This document shows, piece by piece, positions 51,440 through 64,000 of a DNA stretch of 64,000 nt. Each line of letters starts with the position of its first letter. The first letter of the stretch is position 1. Made by a program: the position numbers and the translations under genes. Under the pieces are notes generated by a model. That model was not told where the DNA came from. It did no database searches and was given only the letters and a program-made list of their open reading frames with translations. The stretch comes from Vicugna vicugna (Eukaryota), in contig MU057847.1 in assembly GCA_013265495.1 (NCBI GenBank), forward strand, positions 15,875 through 79,874, read 5' to 3'.

Positions 51440-52620
51440 GGAGTAATGCTATCAAATATATTACAAAAGCACAGCATATAAAACAGTGTGATAGTGGTGC
51501 AAGAAGAGATAGATCAATGGAACAAAAGAGACAGCCCAGAAAAGACAAAAATAGATAATGTGTGTGTACATATGTATGCATACATATGTACGAATTTATA
51601 AAGTAAAGGAAAGATCACAGATCAGTGGGAAAGGGAAGGATTATTTAATAAACAGCACTGGGATGATTTGTGATTTGGGAAAAACAATCAGAAAATACAC
51701 TGAAATAAATTCTGCATGTATCAAACATAAATTCTTAAAGGAAAGAAATGAGATGATCCATCTGATTCCTGGATGGGGAAGTGATTTTAGGCATACATGT
51801 GATACAAGAGATCATAAAGGAAGAAATTGATTGGTATGCCTACAGAAAATTAAGCCTTCTGGCCACCAAGAAACAGCATAAACAAATTTAAAGGCAAAAA
51901 CAATCCCCGAAAATTCTTCCAATAAATATTGAAGACAACTGATAAAGAGATGGTGCAAATCAATAAGAAAGACACTAAAAGAGCAAATGAGAAATAAATG
52001 CACAAACAACTGAATAGATGAATCATATATGAAGAATACAAATGTGTAATGAAATATTAACAAATTTTGACCCCACTTGAAATTTTAAAATGACAGCTAA
52101 AAATGAGACGGCATTTCTCACCTATCAGATCAGTAAAGATGTTTTAAAAATCACAACCCCTAACATTATAAAGCACTTTCATGCACTGATGAAAAGGACA
52201 AATTGGTCTGGCCTTTCTGGATGGCAATTTGGCAAGATGCATTAAGAACCTTAAGAAATGTTCAGGCTTTTCCCCCAGAAACTCTGTGTCTAAGAATCTA
52301 TCTTAAGAAAATAGTAATACAGATAGAGATTTTGTACAAAGACATTCATTTCAGCTCTGAATAACCCGAGGAGAACCATTAGGAGAGTGGTTAAATAAAT
52401 CACAGGACAGCCATGCAATGGAATATTATGCAGCTATAAAAATGACGTTTACAAAGAATTTTTAGTGACACAGGAAAATGGGCAATAATAAATGAGATAA
52501 TCTAGATGAAATGGACAAACTCTCAGAAACACACATATTACCAAAATTGACTCAAGAAGAAGCAGAAAAGTTGAGCGGACCTAAAACAAGCAAAGAGATT
52601 TCATCAGTGATCAAAACCTC
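51440..52620 (+). mobile_element. Degraded old L1 ORF2 fragments
   Basis: aaaacagtgtgatagtggtgc...agatcaatggaac; 52511 ORF MDKLSETHILPKLTQEEAEKLSGPKTSKEISSVIK matches L1 ORF2 (MDKFLETYNLPRLNQEE-type). Confidence 0.7.
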
Positions 52621-55600
52621 CCCTTCTTACACAGACCACTCCTACTCCCCATCTGTACCTTTTATAAAGAAGAGTCATTTGTCAATGAAACAAATTGCAT
52701 ATAGTTTGGGATTCAGGTTCTGGACCAAGGCAACACTGGAGATGGATAAGTTTTGTCTTCATCTCCCTCTTCATATGGTTTTGGATCATCTCAGTGGTGC
52801 TGTTTCCTCTTTCCAGTGGCCTTTGGGTATAATCACTTTCCTCTCTAGCAAAGTTTTCTGTAAGGCAAAGAGCAAGGAAATGAATTTGTACTCAATTATA
52901 CTTGGCTGATAATACACACTCTTCCCAGGAATAGTTATGTTGACAGAGGCCAAAGCCTTGGCCGATAGAATGAATCCCTAAGTGGCCCAGCATTCAAGGC
53001 CACTCCCTGCCTCCCTCCACTAGTCTTATTCCTCACTCTCCCCTGTACGAGCTGAGCTATGGAAACAGTCTCTTGCTCTTCCAGCCAAAAGGATCTACTG
53101 GCTGTATCCCCCCAAGAACCTTGTTCATGCTCTGTTTCCTTAGGATTTCCTTCCATTGGAAAGCCTTCTTGCTTACCTACTCAACTCTTACCCGTCCTCC
53201 GGGGCCACCTACATCCCACATCCTCCCTGAATTCTTTCATTTATTCATTAATTCAATTATTACTTCTTGAGCACCTGCCATCTTTCTAGTACTGTTTCGG
53301 GCACAGTAGATATAGTGGTGGTGAAGACACATATGGGCCCTGGCCTCAGGAAGCTTAGTTTCTTGGGAAGACTGACATCAGGCAAATAAACACGTATATG
53401 CATAGTTACAAATTTGGTATGTTGCACCGAAGGGAAAGAACAGGATGCAGTGAGAGAGACTAGTGAGGCTGGGGGAAGCTGCTTCCTTGAGTAGCCCAGC
53501 TGCCCCTGATCTCTCCCTCATTTAAGCCCCGAAAACCTTACCATGTGAACCACTCTCTCAAATATGTATTAGGCCTCCTTTTAGGTGCCAGGCCCTGTGC
53601 AGTAATAATACCAAATACCACTGACTGAGCAATTACTCTATGCCGGGCCCTGTGCTGTACATGAACTTTATATCCTCAGATTTAATCCTTGAAGTGACCC
53701 TGTGAGAGACGTACTGTGATTATTCCCACTGTATAGATGAGGTGACTGAGTCAGAGCGGGTCATTCATTTGGTTAGTGATAAAGCTAGGACTCAAACCCA
53801 GCTGTCTGAATCCTGACTTCATCTGCGTAACCACAATATTCTAGTGTCTTCTGTAAGACGTGTGTGTGTGTGTGTGCGCGCATGTGTGCGTGTGTGTGAG
53901 TGGGGCGGGATGGTGCATGGTGGAAGAGATGGGACTGGCAGGGGAGTCCACCATGCAGGCTCTGACCATCTCTTGCCATCCCCTTGTCCTCTCCATGGTC
54001 ACAGGGGATAGGGAGGGAAATCCAGTCTGCTGAAGTTGGGGCATGGGGTTCACGAGATGCAGCGACAGGACTGGAGCTAGATCTTGGCTGAATTTGGAAT
54101 GTGTCTGTGGCAAAGGGGAAGAGAGTGAGAGCCCCGAGAACAGCCTGTTCGAAGGCACAGAGCTGGAAAGAACACAGAGTATTTGAAGGCTGGGCGGCCT
54201 GCTCTTGACCCTGCTCAGGGCCGGGCGGGGGCAGGAGAGGGGGAGGTTGGAGGGGTGGTGCACTGTCTTGTCTTGTTCCTTCCATGTTTGGAAATATCTA
54301 TTCTCTTTTCCCAGGGAAGGTGTCTGTTTCTTCATTTTGGAGGCAAAGCCAGTCATTGAAGATGCACGGAGACAGGAGGTCACATGCCACCTCTCTCTGC
54401 TCTCCCGAGAGTGAAAGATGGTCATCCTAGGAAGCACGATAAAACTGCTGGTGGCAATTCCATCTCCTGCAGAAATTACAGGAGATAAGTTATAGTTCTC
54501 TTTGTTCGGGGACAGTGTAAAAATTGAAGTATATCCTCAAGCTGGAAAATGAAATCTTACCAGTAGCAAACAATCTATGTTCTTCACTTGCTATAGATCC
54601 ATTCAGTGACTTTATCCCAGACAATCAATATCATTTTTGTTAACAGCACCATTTCAGATTTTTGGGAATCTACTATCTGGTAGCCCCTAGAGTTCCTTGG
54701 AGAGTGCTGAGCACAGACTAAGTGCCTCAATTTCCTCATCTGCAGGACAGGCCCAGTAATAGCCTCTACCTCCTAGAGTTGGTGGGAGGCTTAAATGAGA
54801 TATTGGGTGGAAATAAAGTTCTTTGCACAGAACCTGGTGCACTGTAAGCCCCTCCCCCCAGGAATGTTCTTATGATAAATGAGATTTGTTGATTGCGTGT
54901 GGCCTTTTTGTTCTGTTTTGTTTTGATTTTGTAACTGTAAACTGGGAAAAGAGGTATTTGATGGGGGCAAAGGAGTCTTTCTGTTCCCAACACTCCTAAA
55001 CACAACTTCTCAGGTCAACCCCCCGGGGTTATTTTGACCATTATGAACTTACAAAAAGTTCCTAACCAGTCACCAAAACAAACCCCATTTCTCTTGGCTC
55101 GCTTCTTAATCCAGGGCAGGCATAAATACCCTCCAAATCATTGGCTTCTTTCTCCGTGGAAATCAGCCTGTATAAACTTGAAACTGAATCTGCCCCACCT
55201 TCTTGCCTCCTGCCCTCCACCCTCCGGACCTCTGGAAGTATCCCACTGATTCTCAACTCAATCCTCGTCTCAGCATTAACCCCATCCTGGCTGCTCTTCT
55301 AGGTTGATACACCTCATTAGCTATGGTTCTATGAGCCATAAGATGGCCAAGTTGGAAAGATCCTTAGATAACAATTACTTACACTCCCCTCCCTCATTTT
55401 ACAGAGGAAATGTACCAGAAAGGGGAGAGGGGTGGGATTTAGCCAAGGTCACACACTGAGTTTGTGGCTCAGCCATGCCAAGGCCTTGGGGCTTTGTAAA
55501 TAGAGCCCTGTGTTGATTCTCTAAGTTCTTGAGTCAGATGCCAGGGCCGACAGCAGTGTCCATATGATTGGCCAGGCCAGTTGGTCTCCTGGCCAAGTCA

Positions 55601-57779
55601 TGACAGTGGCCAAGCATGACTATGAACTATCCCATGGAGGAGTTGCAGGACTGTCTGCCTGACCCAGCAGCAGAGCTAGCCTGGGACAGGAATGAAGCTT
55701 GATTTTGGCATGTGCTCATCACAGCTCTCGCTTTTCATTGGAATATTTTGGCACCCGGTAAGCACTGCTCTGAAGAGCGATTACACAGCCTGGGGAAGAG
55801 ATAGCTGGAGGAGCCATCTTGTTCTTCTAGGTGCCTTGTGTATGGCAGGCACTCAGTGAGCATTTGTTAAGCTGAATTTCATCTCGCTCTGAGGGGAAAT
55901 ACTCATTGCAGTGTGGATGAGGATGTGTGCTGACTGTGCATTGAAAACACCCTTGATAGCATATATTCAAAATGGGGGGGGGGTGAATCAAATGTTAGCC
56001 AGATGTTGAGGAAAAACATGTTCATGCCCAGAATCCCAGGGAGTTGGGGTGAGCGCAGTTCATCCTTACGGCAAGATTCCTCGCAGTACTGCCAAGGCCA
56101 ATGAAACCTTAAGCTACCTGAAATCTACACACTAATCACTTTCATGGGGTTCCTTGGGCTTTGGTTTTGTTTTGGTAGTTTTCATTTAAGCCTTTTTTTT
56201 TCACTCATTAACTTCATCATTAGAGAAAACAGTCCTCCACCCACCTACATTTATCCCATCCCTGGGGTTTCTTAGTTTTAGCAAAGGAGGATTTAGGAAA
56301 CATAAAAGAAATTGCTAAATATTAATATAGTAATATCAACTCTTAAGAGCAATTTGACAGTGAAAGTGCAATTACCCCTCAGTGTGTATACATATTTATG
56401 AGCCTCATATGAGACGTAAATGCAGACATTCACCTGATCATTTTTAAAAATAACAGCTTTATCGAGATATAATTCACATTTCAAAATGTTCCTTCCTTTA
56501 AGTTCACTGGTTTTTAGTATAGTCTGAATTGGTCAACCATCACCACTATCTAATTCCAGGACATTTCATCAATCCAAAAGGAAACCCAGTGCCCATTAGC
56601 AGTCACTCTCCATTCCTTCCTCCCCCATCCCCTGGCAGCCACTAACCTGCTTTCCATCTAGATGGATTTGCTTCTTCTGGACATTTCATACAAATGGCAT
56701 CAGACAATATGTGCCCTTTCTGATCTTCATGTCATGTCCCTGTAATGTGCTCTCTCTGTTAGCCTCTGAGCACCTTTGTCTGCGTTATCTTCTAGGCAAC
56801 AAGCCCAAGAGAAGATGCCACTCAGGTCATCATGACAGGGGAGTTAGGAATGTACCTCGAGAAATGAGGACCTGGAAAGCTGGCATCACGAAGGGCATCT
56901 CTCTCTCTCCCGATCCAGGGAGACCTGGGATGGTGGAGCTATGGTGCTGCCCCCAGGGCCGGTGCTTATCAGGCTGGGCAGTATAGTTCAGCCCTTCCAA
57001 ATCCTTCTCTACAAACTATCAGGGTGCAGCCCCAGGTCTATCCCTCATTCAGTTCAGACTATTAGGCAAACCAAGCTGCTCAGAACCTTTGTTATCAGGC
57101 AGTACAAAGGAACACAAACCTAAAATAAAATTGATGGTAAAAGCATTGAGTTCTTCGTCCTCATCACCATGGCAACCCAGATATTCCCTAATCTCAAGTC
57201 AACATTTAATGACACATGTTCTGCTTTTCCCTCTCTCTTTTTAGGCAGATTTCTTCTGCTGAAAACATCGGAGGATCAGAAAACCAGGGAACTGGCCCAG
57301 GGTAATCTGCCCCAGCTCAGTATTCCCTAGGGCTCTGCAACCTTTCTGGTTGTATTCCTTTCATTTACAGGAATCAGTCTCAAGTCACCTACTTCAGAGA
57401 AGGTTTTGCTTCAATTAGGTGTCTTGCTGTTCCCAAGGACACAGCTGGCATGTACCACTCCTTTTTTTCCCCTTCAAACTGAGCCTCCACCATTGTTCTC
57501 TCTCTCTCTCTCTCTCTCTCTCATTCACCCTTGTTCTCTTAAAGGCAGTGTCACAGCTCCATGTCCCCTGGCTGGATGCCTGTTGTCACCTTCAACTCAT
57601 CCTTTTCCTCCCATACCCACCAGGGTACCAGGTCTCAGAATCTGTCACCACGATGACAGTTCTTACTGTACTTTCTGCTTCTAGTTCTACTTCTATTCCT
57701 GCCTCTTTGCACAGCAGCTTCCACACTACTCCTAAATGACTTCTGTTAAACATTAGTTTTTCTCTTTTCCTGTAGTTGA

Positions 57780-58050
57780 TTTATTTTTTATTGAAGTATA
57801 GTTGATTTACAATGTTATGTTAGTTTCTGGTGTACAGCATCATGATTCAATTATACATATACATGTATACATATTCTTTTTCAGATTATTTTCCATTATA
57901 GCTTATTACAAGATATTGAATATAGTTCCCTGTGCTATACAGTAGGACTTTGTTGTTCATCTGTTTTATATATAGTAGTTAGTATCTGCTAATCCCAAAC
58001 TTCTAATTTATCCCTCCCCCTCTTTCCCCTTTGGTAACGAGAAGTTTGTA
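57780..58050 (-). mobile_element. Short L1 3' end fragment
   Basis: ttttattgaagtatagttgatttacaatgttatgttagtttctggtgtacagcat...cccctttggtaac. Confidence 0.88.
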
Positions 58051-58252
58051 TTAAACATTAATTTTACCATGTCATGACCATGCTCATAAATTGGCAAAGG
58101 TCCGCTACCCTATTTTCTACCCTGGTGGTCACCTGGGAACCTCAACCCTATGGATTCAGCATCAGCTTCCACACAGACAGAAGGTCCCCATCTGGTCTCT
58201 CCCCCTGCCTCCTCCCTGCTCACACTCCTTAGAGCTCGTGAACTTAACTGTC

Positions 58253-58289
<37 letters not shown>

Positions 58290-59914
58290 ATGCATACATA
58301 CACAGTCCTTGTAGGCCCAAGTTTCATGTAGTTCCACTTACAAAAAAATCAACTGAAGTTGTAAGTACTCATTGTATGCTAACTACTGCATCTTCATCAT
58401 TTCAGCTAATCCTCCAAACAAGCCCAGGGTAGCAAATGATTACGCTTATGTTACAGAGAAAGAAACTGGGCTTCAGAGAAGTTATGAGAATTGATTAAGC
58501 ACCAGAGCTGGCATTGGAGCCTTGATCTACTCTGACGCCAAAAGCATTTAATCACCCGGTTACTGAAGACCAAGAAGGCTGTGCTCAAACTTCTCTTCCC
58601 AGCATTCGAGGCTTTCCATAAACCAGTCTTGTGAATCCCCAATGCACCCCCACCTGCTCTAGCCCTTTATTTCCAATGGGTAGTCTTGTGTCTCCAACTA
58701 ACAAAGAAGCTCCCTAGGGACGATGACAAAGGCTTTACTCATCTTGGGGTCTTTCACAAGGCCTAGGGCAGGGCACAAAGCATTAATTCTTGTGCAAGAG
58801 AATCGAAGTGCTTAAATTGCAGTCCAAACAATGGCAAGCCTTGCAGAGCGGTGCTTCAGTGCTTTTGGTAAAGGAAAGGCTTGCTCTGTGACCTCTGATG
58901 ACAAGTGAAGAGCGAGCCCTTCCGTGTTTACAGGAACAAACTAGAAATGCTGCAAAAAAATTCCTAATTCAGAACTGGAGAGGAGGTAATAAAGCATGAA
59001 ACAAAGTGTCAATGGAAGGACATAGAAGGAACTGGTCCTCATGCTTGCCTCAGGTGAGGGACCCTGAGTGAGACAGATGTGGGAGGGAGGCTCCTCCCTG
59101 CATACCTTTTGTACCTTTTGAGTTTTGAACCATATCTTCACAATTTCAAAAGCAAATGAAAATTTAAATTTTTTAAAAGAAAAACTGCATAGCTGAGTGG
59201 GATGGAGGGTGGTATTTAAGCTCTTGTCCTGAAACGGTTTCATTTATGGCACTCTGTGAAATGGAACCCATTGTGTCTTACTGGGCTTCAGGATCTGAGG
59301 CCAGTACCCTAAGGTGCAAGGTATGTGTCCCACACATGCCAGGGCATCCCAGTATCCAACTGCTTCCCCCCACCTGACCACAGTCTTTATCCTTCAGGGC
59401 CACTAGAGGGCAGAAGTCAGCATGTGGTGGAAATACACCTACATGGGCAGCAATATGATGTGATATCCAGTGAATCTGCAGGAAGATGGATTCTTCCAGT
59501 CACCTTCAGAGGGACTTCCTAGCCCCAGGAGCCAGAGCTACTTGGGTACAACTACTTGTATTTGTCTGGGCCTGAGCAGGAGTCTCATGTCTGGGAGAAC
59601 AGTTACTGAATGGTGTGGACATAGCAAAGGGGAGAGATAAATGCAGATTCGGCCCTTGATCTCACTTAGCCACAGTCCTTAGGAATGTTCCCGAGAAAAT
59701 ACTCACTGGGCTGGCAGATGAGGTGGAGCGGAAGAGCCAAGTTAAGTTTTTCGTTCCCCTTTCCAGATTAAAAAAAAAAAAAGATTTTCTTGGTTGAGAA
59801 AGCCTGAGATATAGCAGTTAAAGGGTTAAAGTAAGTGACATCATAAAATGATGCACGATGCAGTTTGATCTTGGGGCCACTACATTGTCCCTGTGGGGAA
59901 ACAGAAGTGACTTT

Positions 59915-60990
59915 AACAGAGAATAATATTCCATTGTATGTGTACACCGCATTTTTCTTATCCATTCATACATCAATGGACACTTGGGTTGTTTCCACAT
60001 TTTAGCTTTTGTGACTAATGCTGCTATGAATGTGGGTGTATGAATAAACATGGGGTCTCTTCAAGACCCTGCTTCCAATTATTTTGGGTATATACCCAAA
60101 AGCAGAATTGCTGGATCATATGGTAATTCTATTTTTAATTTTTGAGGAACCACCATACTATTTTCCACAGTGGCCATACCATTTTACATTTCCACCAACA
60201 GTGCACAAGGGTTTCAATTTCGCCACATCCTCACCAAAACTTGCTGTTTTCAGTGTTGTTGGTTTTTTTTTCTTTTGATGGCAATTATTCTGACGGGTAT
60301 GAAGTGATATTTCATTGTGGTTTTGATTTACATTTCCCTGATGATTAGCAATGTTGAGCATCTTTTCATGTGCCTGTTGGCCATCTGTATATCTTCTTTA
60401 GAAAAAGTCTATTTAAGTCTTCTGCCCATTTTTGAATTGGGTTTCTTTTTGTTGTTGAGTTTTAGGAGCTCTATATATATTCTGGATATTAATCCCTTAT
60501 CAGATACATGATTTACAAATATTTTCTCACATTCGGTGGGTTTCTTTTTTACCCTGTTGATAGTGCTTTTAATGCATAAAATTGTTCAATTTTCATGAAG
60601 TTCGATTTGCTTATTTTTTTCTTTTATTACCTGTGCCTTTGGTGTCATCGTCAAGAAATCATTGCCAAATCCAATACCATGAAGCTTTTGCCTTATGCTT
60701 TCGTTTAAGAGTTTTATTGTTTTAGATCTTACCTTTTGGTCCTTGATCCATTTTGAGTTAATTTCTGTATGTGGTGTGAGGTAAGGGTCCAAATTCATTC
60801 TTTTGCATGTGGGTAGTCAGTTTCCCAGCACCATTAGTTGAAAAGACTGTCCTTTCCCCCACTGAACAGCTTTGGCATCCTTGTCAAAAACCCTATACTC
60901 GAGGGTTTATTTCTGAACTCTCTGGTCTATTCCATTAGTCTATATGTCTGTCTTTATGCCAATATGACACTGCTTTGATTACTATAGCCT
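59915..60990 (-). mobile_element. L1 ORF2 C-terminal fragment
   Basis: Minus ORFs MNLDPYLTPHTEINSKWIKD and FIAALVTKAKMWKQPKCP...MEYYS. Confidence 0.9.
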
Positions 60991-61296
60991 CATCCCTTCC
61001 CCAAAATAGTTGAAATAATCTTCCCACTTGTTAACGTATGAAATTACCCAGCCCATAAAAACTAACCACCTCCCCCTCCCAGTCCCAGCATCCTGGGGCT
61101 GCTCCCCCTCCTGAGACAGACCGCATTCTGTCTATGGAATGTGCATCTCTCTAAGTAAACTTGCCTGCACTTCACTGACTTGCTCTTGAATTCTTTTTTT
61201 GCATGATGCCAAGGACCCTCACTTGGCAGCTTGTCCCATGGACTCCTCTGAAACCTGGGGCGTGATCATCCTCTCATACTCCATTCTCCTGCAACA
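60990..61296 (+). mobile_element. ERV1-type LTR 3' portion
   Basis: TATA-like cataaaaa, poly(A)-like agtaaa, ttgctcttgaattctttttt...gccaaggaccc; ends caaca. Confidence 0.55.
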
Positions 61297-61399
61297 CTCT
61301 CACCTGTGTGGAGGCAGCAATAGGCCCAGGGTCAAGATTACAGATGACTCTTCACTATTTTAAGTGAGTGGGGAGGGGAGGTGAAAGTGATTAGAATTG

Positions 61400-61580
61400 C
61401 AAACCATTTTCAACTGGATGATTTTGCCACAATCTGGAGACAATTTTGATTGCTACAGGAGAGTGGGGTGGGGAAGGGAGGTGCCACTGACATCTAGTGG
61501 GTAGAAGGCAGGAATGCTGCTAATCATCCTATAATGCACAGGACAGACTTCCCCAAAGAATGCAAGCTTGAGAAACCCTG
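61400..61580. mobile_element. MER20-like hAT MITE
   Basis: tctggagacaattttgattg...gccactgacatctagtgggtagaaggcaggaatgctgctaatcatcctataatgcacaggacag. Confidence 0.75.
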
Positions 61581-62220
61581 GATCAGAGAGGAATGAAAGG
61601 TGGGGCTCAGAACAGCCCTGCATGGTGAAGAAATATCAAATTACTTGTTCAACAGAATGGCCTGAGTAACCATATTTATTCACATTCCTTTGCCCCACAA
61701 GTCAACTGGAGAACCCCAAAGGTACTTGACGGGTACTTGGTCTCACTCACTGTTAGTAGATGAAGGTCCCCTATGAAAGTAAGAAGTCCAATTCATAGAC
61801 TGTTTAAAAATAGTTCTTTTCAAGTGAAACAATAACCTCAACTAATACCTAACAGGGAGTAACTAATGGAGGTTAACCTCGACCTTTGTTAATGAATGGA
61901 TAAGGTGAAGTGATTAGCACCTAATTAGCATGCAAATGATGCTGCTTCCAAACTAGTTGAATTGTTTTCAACCATTTTTATTCAGATGATTAATTTCCAT
62001 AGCTCTGTCATTTTTTAAAATAGTTGGGGCAAGGGTAAACTTCAGCTGCCTGTGCTCGTCCTGTGCTGTGAGTGATGGCTCTCTCAACTCATGAGACTTT
62101 GCTCAGTTTTTCAGAGGTCCAACCAAGGCTCCATCTTAATGGTAAGTGAAGAGTCTAAAACGAAGAGCAAATCATGTAGGAAAAAACTATGTGTGAGATA
62201 TATTTATATCTATAATTAAT

Positions 62221-62382
62221 TATTTTTAAAATATTTTAATGTTGTTTATATATTTTAAAAAGTTTTTGTTGGAGGGAAGTGATTAGGTTTATTTGTCTAT
62301 CTTAATGGAGGTACTGGGCATTGAACTCAGGACCTTGTCCATGCTAAGCACATGTTCTACCACTGAGCTATACCTTCCCCCC
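62221..62382 (-). mobile_element. tRNA-derived SINE (camelid Vic-1-like)
   Basis: taatggaggtactgggcattgaactcaggacct...ctaccactgagctataccttcccc; same family as the 7498 and 20552 copies. Confidence 0.85.
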
Positions 62383-62428
62383 TTACATCTACATTTATAT
62401 ATTTCTTTCTATCTATCTACCTATCCAC

Positions 62429-62473
<45 letters not shown>

Positions 62474-62556
62474 TCAATCCTCTCCAGCAGCAAGGAGTAA
62501 TTCACACTGTGGGAAACCATGGCCGTCTCAAGAAGAGGGTTTAGAAAGTACTTACA

Positions 62557-62758
62557 GGATAAACAACAAGTTTCTTCTGTATTATAACACAGGGAACTAT
62601 ATTCAATATCTTGTAGTAACCTATTTCTTGTAGTAACCTATAATAAAAAATAATATGAAAAGGAATATATGTAGGTACATATATGACTGAAACATTATGC
62701 TGTGCACCAGAAATTGACTCAACATTGTAAGCTGACTATACCTCAGTAAAAAAGGAAA
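62557..62758 (+). mobile_element. Short L1 3' end inserted into an older LTR-like element
   Basis: ggataaacaacaag...acagggaactatattcaatatcttg; TSD agaaagt(a/g)cttaca at 62543-62556 and 62759-62772. Confidence 0.8.
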
Positions 62759-63269
62759 AGAAAGTGCTTACACGATATGGGCTTGTGTTCTGTGATTTGA
62801 GGAGGATGTAAGGAAACCAGGTTTAGCTCTAGATTGGCTGCTATCAGGAAGCAAGGCCACTTCCATGACTGGATATTTGAATAAGTTTTATCCAGAAGGA
62901 GGGCAGATTAGAGAATGGCTAACACTGTATTGGTTAACAATTGTAATTGGCAAAGTAGCGGCAGCCACTCGTCTTAGCCAGGAGAGGGAGATGTTTGGTC
63001 ATTTCTGTGGTTTGGACAGTGGTCCGTGTTTTGCCTGGGTTCAGACATGATTAAGGAGGGTTCTTATTTTTGTCTTGGTCCATCACCCTCACAGAGTGCC
63101 TTATCTGATGTTACTGTTCCTGAAATTGCTTACATTCAACAGGAGAACACCAAGGTCTGGCTGTGAGTACAGAGCCGGCTCCTGGGTGGCAGGGGATACG
63201 TCTCCCTTTCTTGATATATTGTATTATGTTATAATATATCATATCAGTATTATCATATCATATTATAAC

Positions 63270-63596
63270 CCACCATATAATGGCCCTCCACATCTGCAGG
63301 TTCTGCAGCCACAGATTCAACCAACCGTGGATGGAAAATATTCAGGAAAAAAATTTCAGAAAGTTCCAAAAAAGAAAAACTTGAATTTGCCAAGCTCCAG
63401 GCAACTATTTACATAGGACTTACATTGTCTAGGTGTTATAAGCAATGTAGAGATGATGTAAAGTGTATGGGAAGATGTGCATAGGTTATATGCAAATACT
63501 ATGCTGTTTTATATAGGGGACTTGAGGATCCATAGATTTTGGTATCAGTGGTGGATCCTGGAACCTACCCTCAGCGGATACCAAGGGACGACTGTG
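63270..63596. mobile_element. TcMar-Tigger MITE (Tigger3/MER2-like)
   Basis: gccctccacatctgcaggttctgcagccacagattcaaccaaccgtggatggaaaatattc...gcggataccaagggacgactg; TA-rich flanks. Confidence 0.8.
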
Positions 63597-64000
63597 TATA
63601 TATATACATCATATTCCCGTAACCTAGAGGCAACTACTATTAATGTTCTTCCATCTAGTCATTTCTTCAGTGCTCAGGTTTTCATTTGTTGGTCTACTTT
63701 GCATAAAGACTTTAAGCCTGCTATTTGACTACTTTAGGAGACACTGATTTTCCCCTTTGAGACATCCACCAAGTTAGGACACTCACTAGCACACGCTTAC
63801 TGTGAGTCTTCAGGCCTGCCCTCATCCCGGTATGGTCTTTCTCCCTTCCAAGCTGCCCACCTCTTTATTTCCATATCCATGAAAGGCTTCTTTTCACTTG
63901 AGATTCACTGTGAGAACACCAGAGGGCGCACCCGCTCCTGGGGCGGGGGTGCATTTTGGCAGCTGAGGGGACCTAGGTTGTCTCTACCACACACAGGAGA

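Noticed and set aside
53785..54437. Overlapping 166/198-aa minus ORFs
   Set aside because: They run through a (CA)n tract and a MIR edge; no domain or exon structure.
1..64000. CRISPR array, operons or prokaryotic defence systems
   Set aside because: Spliced mammalian genes and mammalian retroelements throughout; no repeat-spacer array seen.

Overview
Mammalian genomic DNA, not microbial. Gene content matches the PGRMC1/AKAP17B neighbourhood of the eutherian X chromosome. Three copies of one tRNA-derived SINE resembling camelid Vic-1, cetartiodactyl-type L1 3' ends and a 194-aa PGRMC1 suggest a camelid (inference). Two convergent genes are present. AKAP17B (+) has four coding exons that splice into an uninterrupted 919-aa ORF (15543-23305). 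PGRMC1 (-) has three exons, 194 aa (35796-29199), and a CpG-island promoter. The rest is largely L1, L2, MIR, LTR and DNA-transposon fossils, microsatellites, an RPL12 retrocopy and one 107-N gap. Most notable observations: (1) a candidate 40-nt stop-codon exon in the last AKAP17B intron, at the position of the AKAP17A/XE7 alternative stop exon; (2) a 64-bp-arm fold-back built from a triplicated old L1 segment, with a competing third arm; (3) a TSD-flanked orphan retroposed 3' fragment carrying a sense poly(A) signal in an AKAP17B intron; (4) a candidate upstream exon adding 50 aa in frame; (5) a three-level nested L1/RPL12/L1 insertion. Repeat family names and boundaries were judged by eye and are approximate.
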